A stretch of DNA of 63,344 nt, counting the filler, from Intoshia linei (lineage: Eukaryota > Animalia > Orthonectida): NCBI GenBank assembly GCA_001642005.1. It is 8 parts of 8 records of this genome, joined end to end, with 100 filler letters (N's around TTAATTAATTAA, not from the genome) between each part and the next. Parts side by side here need not be neighbours in the genome. Positions count along the whole stretch, not along the records: positions 8,623 to 30,691 come from LWCA01000618.1; positions 30,792 to 42,057 come from LWCA01001184.1; 6 more parts are not named here. One strand, given 5' to 3'. The notes under the pieces were generated by a model. That model was given only the letters and a program-made list of their open reading frames with translations. It did not search any database and was not told the origin of the DNA. Positions 25,756 through 41,702 of this stretch are shown here, piece after piece. Numbering within the stretch: the stretch's first letter is position 1; every line of letters starts with the position of its first letter. Both the position numbers and the translations under genes were made by a program.

Positions 25756-28418
25756 ATGTTTAACGATTACAATTTCTGTAAAACTTTTAATGATAAAATG
25801 AAGGAAACTAACAGTCGCATTACTCCTCCATGTCAAAACAATTTTGGTTATTCTCAGTATCAATGTAATCAAAACGATTACCTTAATTATGAACACAACG
25901 ATCACAATCGGCAGCATTGTTACCTGAAAAAAGATGAAAATGTCTATAAATCCAATGAACCAGTAAATGTCAATTCATTTTCAAAATACAATTCAACAAA
26001 TTATACAAACAAACAATACATGCTCAATGATGTTGTAACGCCATATGTCGATAGTTGTGAAAGTTTTCGTGGTCGGAGTCACACTTGGTCTAATCCATCA
26101 AAAACGGACATGTATTCTGTTGATACTAAATACAATTCTAGTCCAATCTATCCTAACGCGTCGTATTCTTCTTATTATCAATCCTTTGAACCAAAATCAG
26201 CTTGTATGTATGAGCAACAATCTTTGAAATTATCTTTAGAAAATAAAGAGGATACACAATCTTCACAAATTTCCAACAAAAGTCAATTTACAACTAGATC
26301 TAATAAATCTACCAAAAAAAATTCTAGAAGGAACGCTTGGGGTAATCAGTCTTATGCTGACATCATTACTATGTCTATTGTTAATAGCCCTGAAAAAAGA
26401 TTAACATTATCTCAAATTTATGAATTTATGATCAAAAATATACCATATTTTAAAAATCGCAAGGATAGCAATTCTGCCGCAGGTTGGAAAGTAAGTTTTA
26501 TTATAGATTTCAATTTTAAAAAATATTAAAGTATCTAACAAATGTCAACTATTGTAGAAAAATGTGATTATTATAATAAGTATTTAATAAAAAGTGTAAT
26601 TTAAATTACAGTACATTATAATTATTGGATTCTAATTTTTACTATACATGTACTAATGCAATTTGTAACAGTCAAGTTTCTAATTTGTTTAAATTGCAAA
26701 TTTAATATCATAATAATATAATATGCTTAGTAAATATAAAAATGACGTGAAAATGTTTTACAAAATAAAAATTGTAGATACAATAATCTTGTTTGTATCA
26801 TAGACTATGATTCATAGTTTATAAACGTTTCTACTTTGTACTTTTAAATTTCATAAGACTAAATTCCAATGCCAAGGATGTGCAAATAATGAATGCAATA
26901 TAAAAATATTTTAATAAAAATTTATGTGTTTAAATAAATCACATTAGACTATTGGTAATTTAAATTGAGACATGATACTTAGCTTGTTAATATTTTTTGA
27001 AATATAATAATAATTAATACAATTGATTTATGTAATCTTCGTAATTATTATAATCATTACTAGGTTGAATGTTATGTACTACGTACAAACAGCACCTAGC
27101 TCTGCCGAGGGAACATTTTTATTCTACAATAAAAATAAATTCACGTTGAAAATCTTAAAAATCATACTATTGACTATTATCAATCCTTTAAAGGAGTGTT
27201 TCCCAAACTTGTGTCAGGTGGAACCGTCATATCACATTACTTTTTACTTTAAAGTGAATTATTCCATCTTAATTTTGTGTTGTTAACATTGTAACTAATT
27301 TTAATGTTTGAATTGCTCATTATTAACCCCAAAAATTTGACTAATAAATCTGACCCATAAATCAAACTCTGGTGTGAACTCCATAAAATATTTTTAATTT
27401 TTTTGTAATATGGTTTGTAGGTATAATATGGTATCTTAATATTTCAGTTTTAAATTGGATCTGTAGTGGATGATTCAACTCAAAAACTCGATTTTTCCAT
27501 TAAAGGTTGGTAAAAGTGGGTTTTCCCATAAGGGTTGGTACAATTGGGATTTTTCCCTTAAAGGTTGCTAAAATTGAGATTTTCCCTAAAAAGCTTTTAA
27601 AATCGAATTTTTCCATTAAAGGTTGGTAAAAGTGGGTTTTCTCATAAGGGTTGGTAAAATTGGGATTTTCCCTTAGGGTTTGTAAAAGTGGATTCTTCCC
27701 TTAAAGGTTGGTAAATTTTGATTTTTAGTAAAAATGGTTGGGTTTAAGAATATTCTCTTTTAAAAATAATACAATAATTTAGAATTCAATTCGACACAAT
27801 CTTTCACTTCACAGCAGATTTAGAAGAATTCAAAATGACGGAGCAGGAAAAAGTTCCTGGTGGACATTAAACAACGAAGAAGAAAATGAAAAAATGGGTA
27901 GACGTCGAGCGTACAGTTTAGATGCAAAATCTAACTACAAAAAATGCATAAAAAATAAAAGATTAAAAAACGAAATAAAACGTAAACCGAAAAATATTGA
28001 ATATTCTTCTATAGAAAACATGAGTTTTAAAAGAGACCCAATAATTTACATATCTAGTGACAGCATGAAAAATATTGAATATAAAAACTTGAACAAAGTT
28101 CAAAATCCGATTCAATACAATTCCTGTTCTACTTTATTGAATCCCTTTATAGACAAATTTAAAAATGGAAATAGTAATCAGGATTATAAATATATTATTA
28201 ATCAATTACAACAAAAAAAAGATATTATCAATTCACCTCCATCTTGCAAACATCAAAGTGCATTTAAAGTTACAGAATATTCACATGAATCCCTAAACCC
28301 TTGTCTGTTTAATGATTTGGTAGAGAAAAACGATTTCAACCACGTTGAAGATTATAGCATTTATATGGAAATTTTTGGTGAAAAACCAGACTTTGACGGC
28401 ATTTCTACCACAACTTGA
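25756..28418 (+). CDS. FOXO: Forkhead box O transcription factor (exons 25756-26490, 27783-28418)
   Basis: [14 protein letters not shown]...[10 protein letters not shown]...DSNSAAGWK|[25 protein letters not shown], with the usual FoxO intron position; Akt motifs RGRSHTW and RRRAYSL. Confidence 0.97.
27483..27745. repeat. ~29-bp minisatellite (TTTTCCCTTAAAGGTTGGTAAAATTGGA-like) in the FoxO intron
   Basis: About 9 units with a 4-unit higher-order period; related arrays at ~9055-9170, 13930-14110, 30250-30540, 38950-39195, 48515-48760. Confidence 0.85.
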
Positions 28419-28487
28419 TTAAATTTAAAAAATTTAAATTTTGATAATAAATGTATATATATCTAACAATAAATATATTTATAGAAA

Positions 28488-29818
<1,331 letters not shown>

Positions 29819-31888
29819 TATAAAATTATATATTTAATTGTAATTATTCATTTCCATTTAACAACAACCCTAAAAGCTTAATGCAGGGGTGCACAACGTG
29901 CGGCCGTAAAAGCGTTTATGTGCGGCCGTGGGCAATACATCTAATCATAATGCAATATATCATTTTACTTCAAATTGAAAAGTTAAAATGAGATTTTATT
30001 CAAGGTCTATTTAAAATATTTTAATAAAAAGGTTACATTCTTGACTTTGCTCCAGTTTGTCAAATCTTAGCGAAGGGCACACAAAATCGAGACAGTCACT
30101 GATATCTTTTTTATATCATTATTAATATTTACATATTTTTTTATGTCTTCCACTTTAATCTATCAACAAATCGCTTTTTAATGGAACTTTTTTCTGTTGT
30201 CCAATTATTATTAATTATTTACCGAAAAATTAATGATTAATGTTTTTTAAAAAAAATATTAGTAAAAGTAGATTTTTCAAATTTTTTTAAAATCATGTTT
30301 TTTTTATGGAATCAGTCACAAGAATTATTGATCTAAAAATTTAATAAAATAGGTTTTTTCATATAAATATTGGTAAAAGCGATTTTTTTTCTTAAGTGTT
30401 AGTAAAATTTGGTTTTTTCTTTTGGGATCAGATAGGGTAGTTTTTATTCTAAAACTTTGGTAAAAATAAATTTTTAAAAAAAATATTGGTATTAAGGAAT
30501 TTCTTCCTTAAAAGTTAGTAAAATTTTGGTTTTTTCTCATAAGATTATATTAAATTGGATGATTTAATAAAATATGTTGAAAATTGTAGATTAGCCTACA
30601 TCATCTAAATTTTCGTATTCACCCCTTGGGGTGACCAGTAGGGTGTCAACGGTATCTTAAATGCAATGCCGCTCAGGAATAATTAGATGCTNNNNNNNNN
30701 NNNNNNNNNNNNNNNNNNNNNNNNNNNNNNNNNNNTTAATTAATTAANNNNNNNNNNNNNNNNNNNNNNNNNNNNNNNNNNNNNNNNNNNNCTCAAAAAA
30801 ATAATATTATAATTTTTGATATAATTGACCAAAAAAATTAATTTTGGCATCATTATGTACAGTTTAATTACATTAAAAATATACAATTTATTAATTTAAT
30901 AAGGGTAAAGATGGGAAAATTTTATCTAATGCGCAAATACTGAAATATTTTTTTATAAAGTAATATTTTATTGTTGACACTATGTAAACATTGGTAATAA
31001 AATTAATTTTGTACTCATATTTCATGAGTAATAATTTTTTCACAATTGACATATGTACCGCCTTATTTTTTTTTGTATGCAAACAATTTAAATTTATCAG
31101 TTGATTTTTTTGCATGCCGGCAAACAATAGTAAACTTATGATTGTATTTTTTTGCATGTATACGTGTTATTGTTTCGTAAGGGTTAAACATGTTTACTCT
31201 CATGAAAATACCGTGCATTATTTATGATTTTTAAAACAAACAATGAAAATTTAAAATGATGTGATCACGTGAAGACGTCATGTGTACTCAAATTTAATTA
31301 ATTCAGTACATTTTATAAGTGCAAATTGTGTATTCCTACACAATTATGACATATCATAATAATTGTTTTATTGGGATGAATAGAACAAAAATATGTGTCA
31401 CAGGGGGTGAATGCTCAAAAAAGTTTGAGAAGCACTGTTCTAAGTCCTTATTAACGGAATTTAATTTTTTTAAATAAAAACCATTACATGGTCATATTTC
31501 TTGTTATTATGAGTTTTTGAATAATATAAGACGTAGTAATAAAAACAAAACATTATCAAGGGATCCACAGCAGTTTTTTGAGTCCATAAAAAATTTTATC
31601 ATTTTTAACTTTATTTTATATCTGTAAATAATTTAAAATTGATATTTCCGCAATGATAGAAATTATTTCTAAATAACGTCATCTAATTTAATACCTATTA
31701 AAAATTTGATAGAAAATGTAACAAATTGACTTTTAATTTGTAAAAAAAATTAGTTTATATTTATGATAGTCATTAAAAATGGATTCTAGAGCTTTAGAGA
31801 TAAACATTTTATTAATTATATGTTTGATTCATACAAATTCGTTAAGAAGAAATAAATAATTCAAAATAAAGTTAATAAGAACTTAGAC

Positions 31889-32701
31889 CAGTGATTCCCG
31901 ACGAGTGGGTAATTTGATATTTTTCATGGGTAATCGCGAAATTTGTATAAAAATATATATATAAAATTGAATGTCTGTGTGTGTTACAGTTTTTTTAAAA
32001 AACTAAGTCTTAATTTAATAAAACTAATTTATAATACAGTTTTTCGCATGATATGTTTACATCTAAGTTATATTTCCCTAAATTGAATCCTTCAGCTGCA
32101 AAAACCAAATTTGTCATTTTTTAATAATGAAATCAAACCAAAAATTAAAAATAACATATATTCTGGATAGTTATTAAAAACTCCAGATTACCTTTTTTTA
32201 AAAAATGAAAATTGTCCAAGAATTTTTAAAAATATTACAGTTGATACAGCTGTATCCAGTTAACACACGCAAATTATTTCAATGTGACATAGTGAAGCCT
32301 TCACAATCAAAAAAGCATTTTAGTATTAATTTTTTTTTGCCGACATGTCGCGACAGTCTCAGAAAGTTAAAAACAAATTTTAATTAAGTTTATTTCTGGT
32401 ACATCGAGTAAGATATATTTTACTCTCAGAAATTTGCATCTTTACCGGCAAAAACAAAATTTACTCTCGTTTTTTAAAAATGAAAATTTAAATATTCTTG
32501 CTACAATTTCAAAAAAAATCAGGAATTATTTTACTATTTTGTAAAATTAGTTTTTTTAAAATTTTAATTAAATTATTAAAAAATCTATATGGTTCTTATT
32601 CTAAAAACCTGACCATCCAATATGCAGTAAAAAAATATATTGTGGGTAATATCGAAATAAGTACTATAATATGGGTAATGTAAAAAATGTTGGGATCACT
32701 G
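31889..32701. mobile_element. hAT MITE
   Basis: TIR CAGTGATTCCCGAC / GTTGGGATCACTG; TSD ACTTAGAC / ACTTAAAC. Confidence 0.8.
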
Positions 32702-32982
32702 ACTTAAACTATTAATGTGATAAGATAATACAGATGTTGTCCTAGAATTTGAAAAATCTATAATTGTACTGTGTTTTCTGATTATACACTCAGTTTCAAT
32801 TAAAAATCTTAAAATTATAGAGTCCGACCTAGGGAGAGCTAGCTGCTATTTGTACTAAGTACAGAACAATCAAACTAGTAACTTATAAAATTACCAAATT
32901 TTTAGTTTTATTAAACCATCCATAAAACCCTCTTCATAATTACACCTAAAGAAACACCGTTTTTTTATATGTATTAATTTAG

Positions 32983-35900
32983 ATTTATCGGAGCTTGTGG
33001 AAATGGAGAATATGTAGTATACAGTTCAATGGCTCTACGAAACACAAAATTTGGTCCAGCATCAAAGTTCGTATGGGGTTGTGATTCTTCAACATATGCC
33101 GTATTTAACGGTTCAAGCAAGATAACAATAGTAAAAAATTTTAAGGAAAAGTGTGACTACACAACATCAAATGTGGACGAAATTTATGGCGGTACTTTGC
33201 TTGGAATAAAATCATCAGATACATTAACATTTTACACGTGGGAGACTTTTGATTTGGTCAGACAAATTGATGTTGAAGCCTCCAATGTAATTTGGAGTGA
33301 AAACAACATGGTAGTAATTTCTAGCAAAGAAGATTCCTTTTACATTCTACGATACGATGAAAATGAATTTAATGAATGTGAAAACGTTCCTGAAAATGGA
33401 GTTGAATCTTCATTTGAAATTTTACACACTGTTGAAGATTCTGTTACCACGGGGGTATGGTGTGGAGCTTTTTTTGTATACACAAATTTTACAAACCGTT
33501 TGAATTATTTTGTCGGCGGACACATTATTACGATTGCTCATTTGGACAGACAAATGTACATTTTGGGGTATCTTGCTAAACACTGCAAAGTTTATTTGTC
33601 TGACAAAAACTGTCAAATTGTTGGCTATCAATTGTTGAATTGTGTGTTGGATTACCAATCGGCTGTTTTGAAAAACGATTTCGAAGCTGCAGATACTCAT
33701 TTAGTTAGTATTCCCATGTCACATAGAAATTCTATTGCTGAATTCCTCCACGCACAGGTAATTCAGTTGATTTATATACAATGTATGAATTTTACACTTT
33801 TTAATTTTAGAACTTTAAAAAGCAAGCTTTAGCTGTCGCAACAGATTTGGAATTTAAATTTATTTTGGCTCTTGAAATTGAAGATATTGAATTGTCTTAT
33901 GATTTGGCCAAACAGTTGGATGTAATATATTTTATAGATCAGTCTGTCCCAAATACCGGTCCACGAACCAAAGCTTGTCCGTTAAAATTTTTTATGGGTC
34001 CGCAGTAAAAAAAATGTGTTAACTCCTGTTATAGAGTATAACTAAATAATATTTTATATTTTAGTCCAAAGACAACTGGATGAGATTATCTGAAGTGGTG
34101 GAACGATCAGGTCATATAAATATTTTACTAGAATGCTTGGAAAAAATGGAGGACTTGCCTGGACAATTTTTTTATGCAAAAATGCTTGGTATTTGATTGT
34201 CCTTTTTTGTATACAAGCTTTTAGGTTCAAAGGATATGTTAGCTAAAGTTGCTAAAAAGGCTTATACCGAAAAACATTTCAACATTACATTTATTAGTTA
34301 TTTTATCTCTGGACGGTTTTGATTTTTTTTATTTTATATTTTTTATTAGACTAGACGATTGCATTGAATTGTTTATTGATAATGGCAGGTTCAGTGAAGC
34401 TGCAATTTTTGCTAGAACATATGCACCTTCAAGAATAGTCTTGTTTGTTTTTCATAATTATTTTAACTACAAATCATTGTGTACTGTGTTTCCCATATTC
34501 TTAAATTTTTCTTGGACCACCAAATATTTTTCAAAAAAATTTGATATACAAATTTTTATTTTATTATTGGTAACACTATTAAATCTTTGTAAGTATAAAA
34601 CTTTAAAAATAATTTAGTATGTATTTTTTCTATTTACATTTTACAATTTCTTTTATATAGTGTGACCAATTTATGGAAAAAGTATATCGATAAATCTGAC
34701 GCTAAGTTGGCTAAATCGATTGCAACACCTGATAAATACCCAAATTTGTTTCCTGAATATCAGAACGATTTAATGGTGGAACAGTTCCAGCGAATACAAT
34801 TAGAATCACCCATGAAATCTTCAAACCATGATGTATTTTTCTATTCAAATATAAAAAGTTATGGAATTTTTTAAAAGTTGAGTTTGTCACTAAATACTAA
34901 TTAGTGTAAATGAGAAGGTCTAATCATTAGATTGTCATTGCATTATTTCATCAAATGGATAAAAATTTGAGCGTTTCATTTTCTTAAATATCCAAAAGGT
35001 CATTGAGATGTTGTATAACCAGGAATGGGTTAACCACTTTGTCATATATTTACATTTATCCTTTAAATCAATTTAAAGTTACACTGTACTTTTAAATTGT
35101 ATTTTTTGCATCGGTAGTGATTGTACAATGTACACCAGGCATTCTCAACGGGGTCCACATCACTTTTTTGGGGGTCCATGAAAATTTTATACATTTATTA
35201 CATATTATAGACATTTTCAGTAACATAAAATCGTTTTTAAAACATAAAGGCTCAGAAATACTAATATAAAACATGCAAATCATGTAAAAGTAAATTCTTT
35301 GGTATTAAACTAAATTACTTACAAGTGTAAAAACTTATTAGGAAACATCCATTGTTCTATTTTAGGAGCAGCGGTTTTATTTAATTATTTTATTAAAATT
35401 ATGACCGAGCCAAGTTAAATTTCAAATTGAAAATGGAACAAAAAATCAGTCAATATTCATGATTCTATGAAACATCAACCAAGGAATATAAAATATAAAT
35501 TCTTCACACGGAAGATAGATAATATAGACTTTTTATTAATCTGATAAAATATGTAGTAAACAATTAATAATGTACTGTAAACAATATCTGAAAAACATGT
35601 TCCATTTTGGAAACATTGACGGGTTAAAGGTTAATATTAATTGTTCATCAAGTTTATCACCTCGCAAAAATATAGTACTCCATGTATTTTGACCATCATT
35701 CGTTTCACCCAAATGTGATTCATTAAAAATTGTCATTATTATTAATTTTTTTGGGGGTCCACAGCGAAAAATGGTTGAGAATGCCTGATGTACACTGTAC
35801 AGTTATTGTGTATGTGTAATCGTGACCCAAAAAAATTACGCGCGGTCACAAAAAAACTTTTTATATTATACATTAAATCGGATATTAAACATTTCAACGG

Positions 35901-36058
35901 AAATGAGTCTGTGAGAGCTTTAATTTAAAGTATATATTATTAAATATGTATTTTATTATATACTTTAGTTAAAAAATGATTTTAAAGAAGCAATATCCAA
36001 ACAAATATTTACATACGACCCTAATATCTTTAAAGAAATGAATGTAAATATGATTTAA
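32983..36058 (+). CDS. COPB2: Coatomer subunit beta' (3' portion; N-terminal WD40 exons missing)
   Basis: FIGACGNGEYVVYSSMALRNTKFG, NRLNYFVGG..TIAHLDRQMYILGYL, EAAIFARTYAPS, AKSIATPDKYPNLF. Last exon boundary uncertain. Confidence 0.95.
35136..35787. mobile_element. hAT MITE in a COPB2 intron
   Basis: Perfect TIR CAGGCATTCTCAAC and perfect TSD ATGTACAC. Confidence 0.92.
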
Positions 36059-36576
36059 TTTAATATCATCAAGGGTTATCAAAAAATCGATTGTAAATGT
36101 CATTAGAGAGTAAAATAAATAAGTAATTTTTGTTGGGTTTTGACAAAGTTGAATGTAGTCTTTCGTATATAACTCCTGATTATAGAATATTATACCCTAC
36201 AATACAATACTGGAATGGGAATTAAAATTTAACTTATCGTTAGAGACTATTCAAATTTCTACTGTTTATTTCCAATCTCTTACGATTTCTTTTACAATAC
36301 TGATTTTAAAGGGTTAAAAAAATTTAATAACGATTCGTTATCAAATATCATTTCAAGTCCAAATTGAAAGTCATGAAAATTATACATGATATATACTAAA
36401 ATTTAAAATAGACACAATTTAACAATGAAAACATTGAAAAAGAAATTGATAATATAACAAATAATGTTGATTGTATAAATGTTAATTAAATTATTTGCTA
36501 ATTGTTTTAATATCATGTTATGGAAAAGAAATGTGAACGTAGTTAGTAAAAGTTTCAATTTTACAACAACAAAAAA

Positions 36577-39500
36577 TTATGTATTAATTGGAAGTCCGCA
36601 CATACTACAATTTCTAGAATTTCCAGTATTGATAAATGTACAATGTTGACATGACCAATTTTCTTCAACATGATCAGTCATAATTGAATCATCTAAAATA
36701 CGTAAATCCATTAATATTCATACACAATTTATTTTATTTAAAAATGAAAACCTATTTGTGTATTTTGAGTTTTAGGTGTTTTGGGCGAATCTTTGAAACA
36801 GGTTTGTGATGTATCAGTTTCATTAAATAGGTATTTTAACGTTGAGAGGCTGTCATTTTCCATCCAGTAATAAAATTGAACCAACGTGTCGGCTACGTCG
36901 CTACTTTTAAAATTCTTTTTACAGTAAATGTCGCAAAGTTGATCCATAGCACTCTTATTAAATTGTATACCTTATAGAAAAAAATACCTTATCAATCAAA
37001 GAACTTGACTTGTACAGATACGAAATCAAATGGAAATCACACATTGCATGAAAACGTTCATCGTCTGAAGTAAATTGTTTCAAATAATTAACGACGGCGC
37101 GGTCATTCTAAAGGGTTTATATAAATACACGTATTTGTGTACCTGAATTTCTGTTAATCTATTTTCGATTGGAAAGAAGTTCTTTTTAGACTTGTTTGTA
37201 AAAAAAGAATAACTCGAAGAAGTACTGAAAGCGCATTGCAATTCTATTAATCCATACTCTATTCCAAACGGGCACGCCTTCTCGACAATATTATTCTTGT
37301 ATTTGTCAGTATATGAATAGAATATATCTGGAACGTAATTTACTTTTGATGCTTCTATAACGTAGCATTTATCAGCTGATTCGTAAGCCGGAATCAAAAA
37401 ATTATGCTTAACTAAATCACAACATTGATTAGATACTTGATAACCATCAAAACTGATTTCACCATTTTTGTCTCCTATTACAAAGATTATTATAATTATA
37501 TTGATAGAAAGTAGCAAATACCGCTAACAACCACTGTCACAAATTTTGATCCATAATACCCATTTTCAGAATAAGTACATCTATTTTTATGATAGTTTTG
37601 ATATTGAGCCATCATGATCATTTCTTCACTGCTCACATAGTGTAAATCCTACAAATGTATTAAACATTGAACAATTTACTTAAATATAAATAAATGCATA
37701 CATTACACCTGTTATGCTTGACATTTGCACTGGAGCTTGAACTTGAAAAATCACCATTGTTGGATTCCAAATCGGTAAAAATACACCCAACTACTACCAT
37801 GTTCAATTTTTTTGCACAGGCTGCTGCGTCCTTTTCACTGTTCATGATAACATTATCCATGCTATCATTTGCATTATTTCGTTCAATGTATATGGAACGA
37901 TATTTATTTATCTAATAAAATATAAAGATAAATGCACTATATAATAAAAAAAATAATAACTTGAGAGGGTTCGTAAATGGAACATACTACAGCTTTAACA
38001 CCGAGTGGAACGTGATCATATAAATCGTAATAACCGATCAGATATCCAAATCGTTGACATCCTGTTTCTCTCCAATAATTTAGAAATCTGTCCACAAAAT
38101 CTCCGTTTTCAAATTGGATGTAATCAATAAATCGAAATGTCTAAACATTTTTAAAAATAGAAAAATTTTATTAAATGTTGATTCTAAACAAGTTAAAAAT
38201 CAGTGATACTTTCAAAATAATAAGTAGTTGGATAGAGTAGAAATTTGGAGACCATGCAGTATACTAAGATCTATTGGATACATTTACTGATATAAAAATT
38301 TTGTATCCATAAAGTGCCAACACCATTACATGCCGTCCAACTTGTATAATAGTATTTACCTGTCTAGCCAAATAAACTGATTTTGGTTGACATTGAGAAC
38401 AAATTCCATTTGGATAAGGCAAATGGTTCATACATCCGCTTTTTAAAGTGTAGCGTATAGGTTTAATCAAATGTTTCTTATCAGATGTTCTAATATAAAA
38501 TTAACAACAAATATATATAAATGAATATACCTTGGTTTTTCCTTTAAAAGTTTACGAACATGGGCATGAAAAGGTAAAAACTTGAGAGACTTGGCTTCTA
38601 CATCATTTTCGTAACACTATACATGTAATTATTAAATAATTAACAAGTATCGCATGTACTGGGTACCGTTAGTTTACGAGTACCAACAAATTATTTATAA
38701 TTTATCATCTACGCACCCATACCATTACCTACAACAAGGATTTCCAAAGTGGGCCACGAGTCATCCAGGGCAAGCCACTAATAAAAGAGACTGCACTAAA
38801 TTTTTGAATTTGAATACACTAAAATTAGCGTCAACAACTTCCTTTACGTCAGTGGTTCCCGATTCAAACAGTGTAAGGACCTACATGCCAAAATATATTT
38901 TTTTTTGGACTCAAAAAAACATGAAATATAAAAAATTTATGAAAATATTGAAGGATTTTTCTCATAAGATTTGGTAAAATCGTTTTTATTAAAAAAATAT
39001 TTGAAAAAGTAGATTTTTCCATTAAGGGTAGGTAAAATTGGAAAGTAAAATTTTGGAAATTGGAAATATAAAGTAAAAGGTAAAATTTTGGATTAGGAAG
39101 TTGTTTCTCATAATATTTGGTAAAATCGGATTTTTCAAAAAAATATTGGAAAAGGGGGATTTTCAAAAAAATATCGGTAAAACTCAATTTTTTCCTCAGG
39201 TTTTAAAATAGTTTTTTATTTTTTATTAATCATACAATAAAAGTGGCATTTTTTAAATAATAATGTAGCGGTCATCCAGGCTTTGGGATAAATATTAGCC
39301 AAAGTGGTCCAGGGACCCAACAGGAACCACAGCTCAGTAGACTAAGCTATCTGTGAAAATATACATTTTAATTATAAACTGAGATCTAAAATGTATACTG
39401 GTTGCTGGTATTCTACGGTAGTCAGCCTTCAATACAATGATAATTATATACGTTTTATCAATTACTTCTAATGGCGAACAGTGAACGCATAAGGAATTTT

Positions 39501-41240
39501 CTCCGTGGTTGCATCTACAATTTTGAAATAAATCTAACTATTAACGAAAAACAGTAAACGTACAATGTTTTATCCCTAGATCTATAAATTTTTCCATCCA
39601 TTTTATCAATGTCAGAATCGACCTTATCGACAGATTCCAAAATACTATGATCGATAGAAATAAATGAAGCATCACTAGCTGAATGAGTAAATTTTAACTC
39701 TGTATCTGAATCGTCCTTTGTTTTATCCTTGATGTAAACCATATCACCATTCCTAAATTCAGTTAACTATAATTACAAACAAAATATTAAAAATAAGATT
39801 AATTTTCTACTCTGCTTACTGTGTATAACCAATTACAAAATAATTTAAAACTAGAACAAATAGTACTATCATCCTTACTTATATATATATATAATTTTAA
39901 AATCGGTACAGTCTCGTACAGATTCTTTAAACGGCACTTTTCTTACATGCAATTTGTAAGCATAATGTACATTTAAAAAATATAATGTGGATCTGTAAAA
40001 TTCGCGTAACTTTAATAATAATAAAAAATAAATAGTTTTAATGCCAATAAATCAATTTAGATAAACTTAATCGCCAATAATTAAACAATGAGTTGAAGTT
40101 TAATATATTATAAATTTTTTTATGTTTCCGTTTATCATACGTAACATATATCTAAAATAAACAATGTTTATTAAATGTTTGGGATATGAATATGCAATGT
40201 AACTTAAATTACATTATGTGAAGCTTGTAAAAACTATTTTCTAGTTCATTTTATATTAAAACCAACTAATTGCAACTGAAATTTGATTAAATTGGCGATT
40301 TAGTATAGTGCATTGGTTCTCAAACTGAGATGCGCGCACCCTAAAGGATTCGTTTGAAAATGTTGAAGATATTGATATGTAATTTTTTAAATTTATTTAA
40401 AAAATGACGTAAAAAAATTCAAAATAGTTAATAGTTCAAAAAACTATAGGAAATGATCTGAGGACATTTAACCCCTTTCCATGACCATACGGTCACACTG
40501 GGAGTATTAGGGTTAATAAAAAAATCTTGAAAGAAAAGTTCAATACACATTTTTAACAAAAATCGAGTAACGATCTCGAATTCAAACATCTATTATTTAA
40601 AAATGTTCAAATACAGTTGTACTCCCTATAATGAACAACTGTGAAATTTTAAATATTTGTTCATTATCAGAGTATAGTGAACAAAAAAATCTATAAAAAA
40701 ATGGTTTATATGGTATGCCGACGAACGACGGACGAAATAAGGCGTGGACGACTAATAAATCAAAAAATAACATACTAAAATCAAACAAGCCATTTTCTTT
40801 TTTGTTCATTACGGGTAAGAAAAATTCGATCTATTTAGCTGTATAATAAATATATATAAAATAAAAATCTTGTTCATTATTCGCTAAAGATTTTAAATGA
40901 ATTTATTAATAAAGTCAACTTTTTAAATACAAAAAAAAATTTATTAGAAAATGGAGCTAAAAGATAAAATAGCAATGTTCGCTATTAAAGAAACGATAAA
41001 AAATACTTTTTTATTGTTCATTATAGGGAGTACAACTGTATATATTTAATACTTTAGAATATCTCCTATGGATTTCATTTTTATCATATTCAACAATGGA
41101 TTGACAAAGTTTTTATCCAAATATAAATCCTCTGCACCGATCTGAGAACTTTTAAATCTTTTGGATATCTAAATAACATTGGGACTCATCATAAATTAAA
41201 AAAATACTATCCCCATAACTATCAAAGTATCCAGTGTCAT
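36577..41240 (-). CDS. NPLOC4: Nuclear protein localization 4 (p97/VCP cofactor); first exon uncertain
   Basis: LKNGDMVYI (UBL), DGKIYRSRD..LCNHGENSLCVHCSPLE, HLPYPNGICSQCQP...RQTFRFIDYIQFEN, WRETGCQRFGYLIG, GCIFTDL, YGSKFVTVVVSG, GYQVSNQC, FPIENR, and a C-terminal NZF WSCQHCTFIN...CSMCGLP. Confidence 0.96.
40614..41038. mobile_element. Tigger/pogo-type MITE in an NPL4 intron
   Basis: Perfect 25-bp TIR CAGTTGTACTCCCTATAATGAACAA with TA flanks. Confidence 0.92.
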
Positions 41241-41702
41241 ATAATGCGTATCTGCACCCTACCGGCAACACAGTAGTGTGTTCAACTTTTGTAAAAAGTA
41301 CTGAGTTTTACTGAGTATTACTCAGTAATAAGAAAACTAAGTTAATATGCCATAAATTTATTTTAGAAATTAGTGTTTATAAACTTATTGATTTTATAAT
41401 AATTCTTGAAATAAACGTCAAAACTTTTTTTCAATGAAAAATATAAAAAATCTACTTTGAATGTTAGTTATAAAAGTAAAAAATTTATTTTAATTTTCAA
41501 GTGAATATAATGCCTTTTTCTATGTACTAAAATTAATTTAATCAACTTGTATAATTTTTTAGTCATAAAAAAATATATACTGCGTTGTTTTAGTCGTTAA
41601 TAATAAATACAATACTTTTACTGATTAAAAAGTTATTGCGCGTTGTCATTTTCATTTTGTTATATTTTTTAACATCTATATTTTATACTAATTTTAATAT
41701 AA

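Noticed and set aside
40468-40516. 41-bp TTAA-CCC...GGG-TTAA piggyBac-like relic
   Set aside because: Too short and imperfect to support without other copies.
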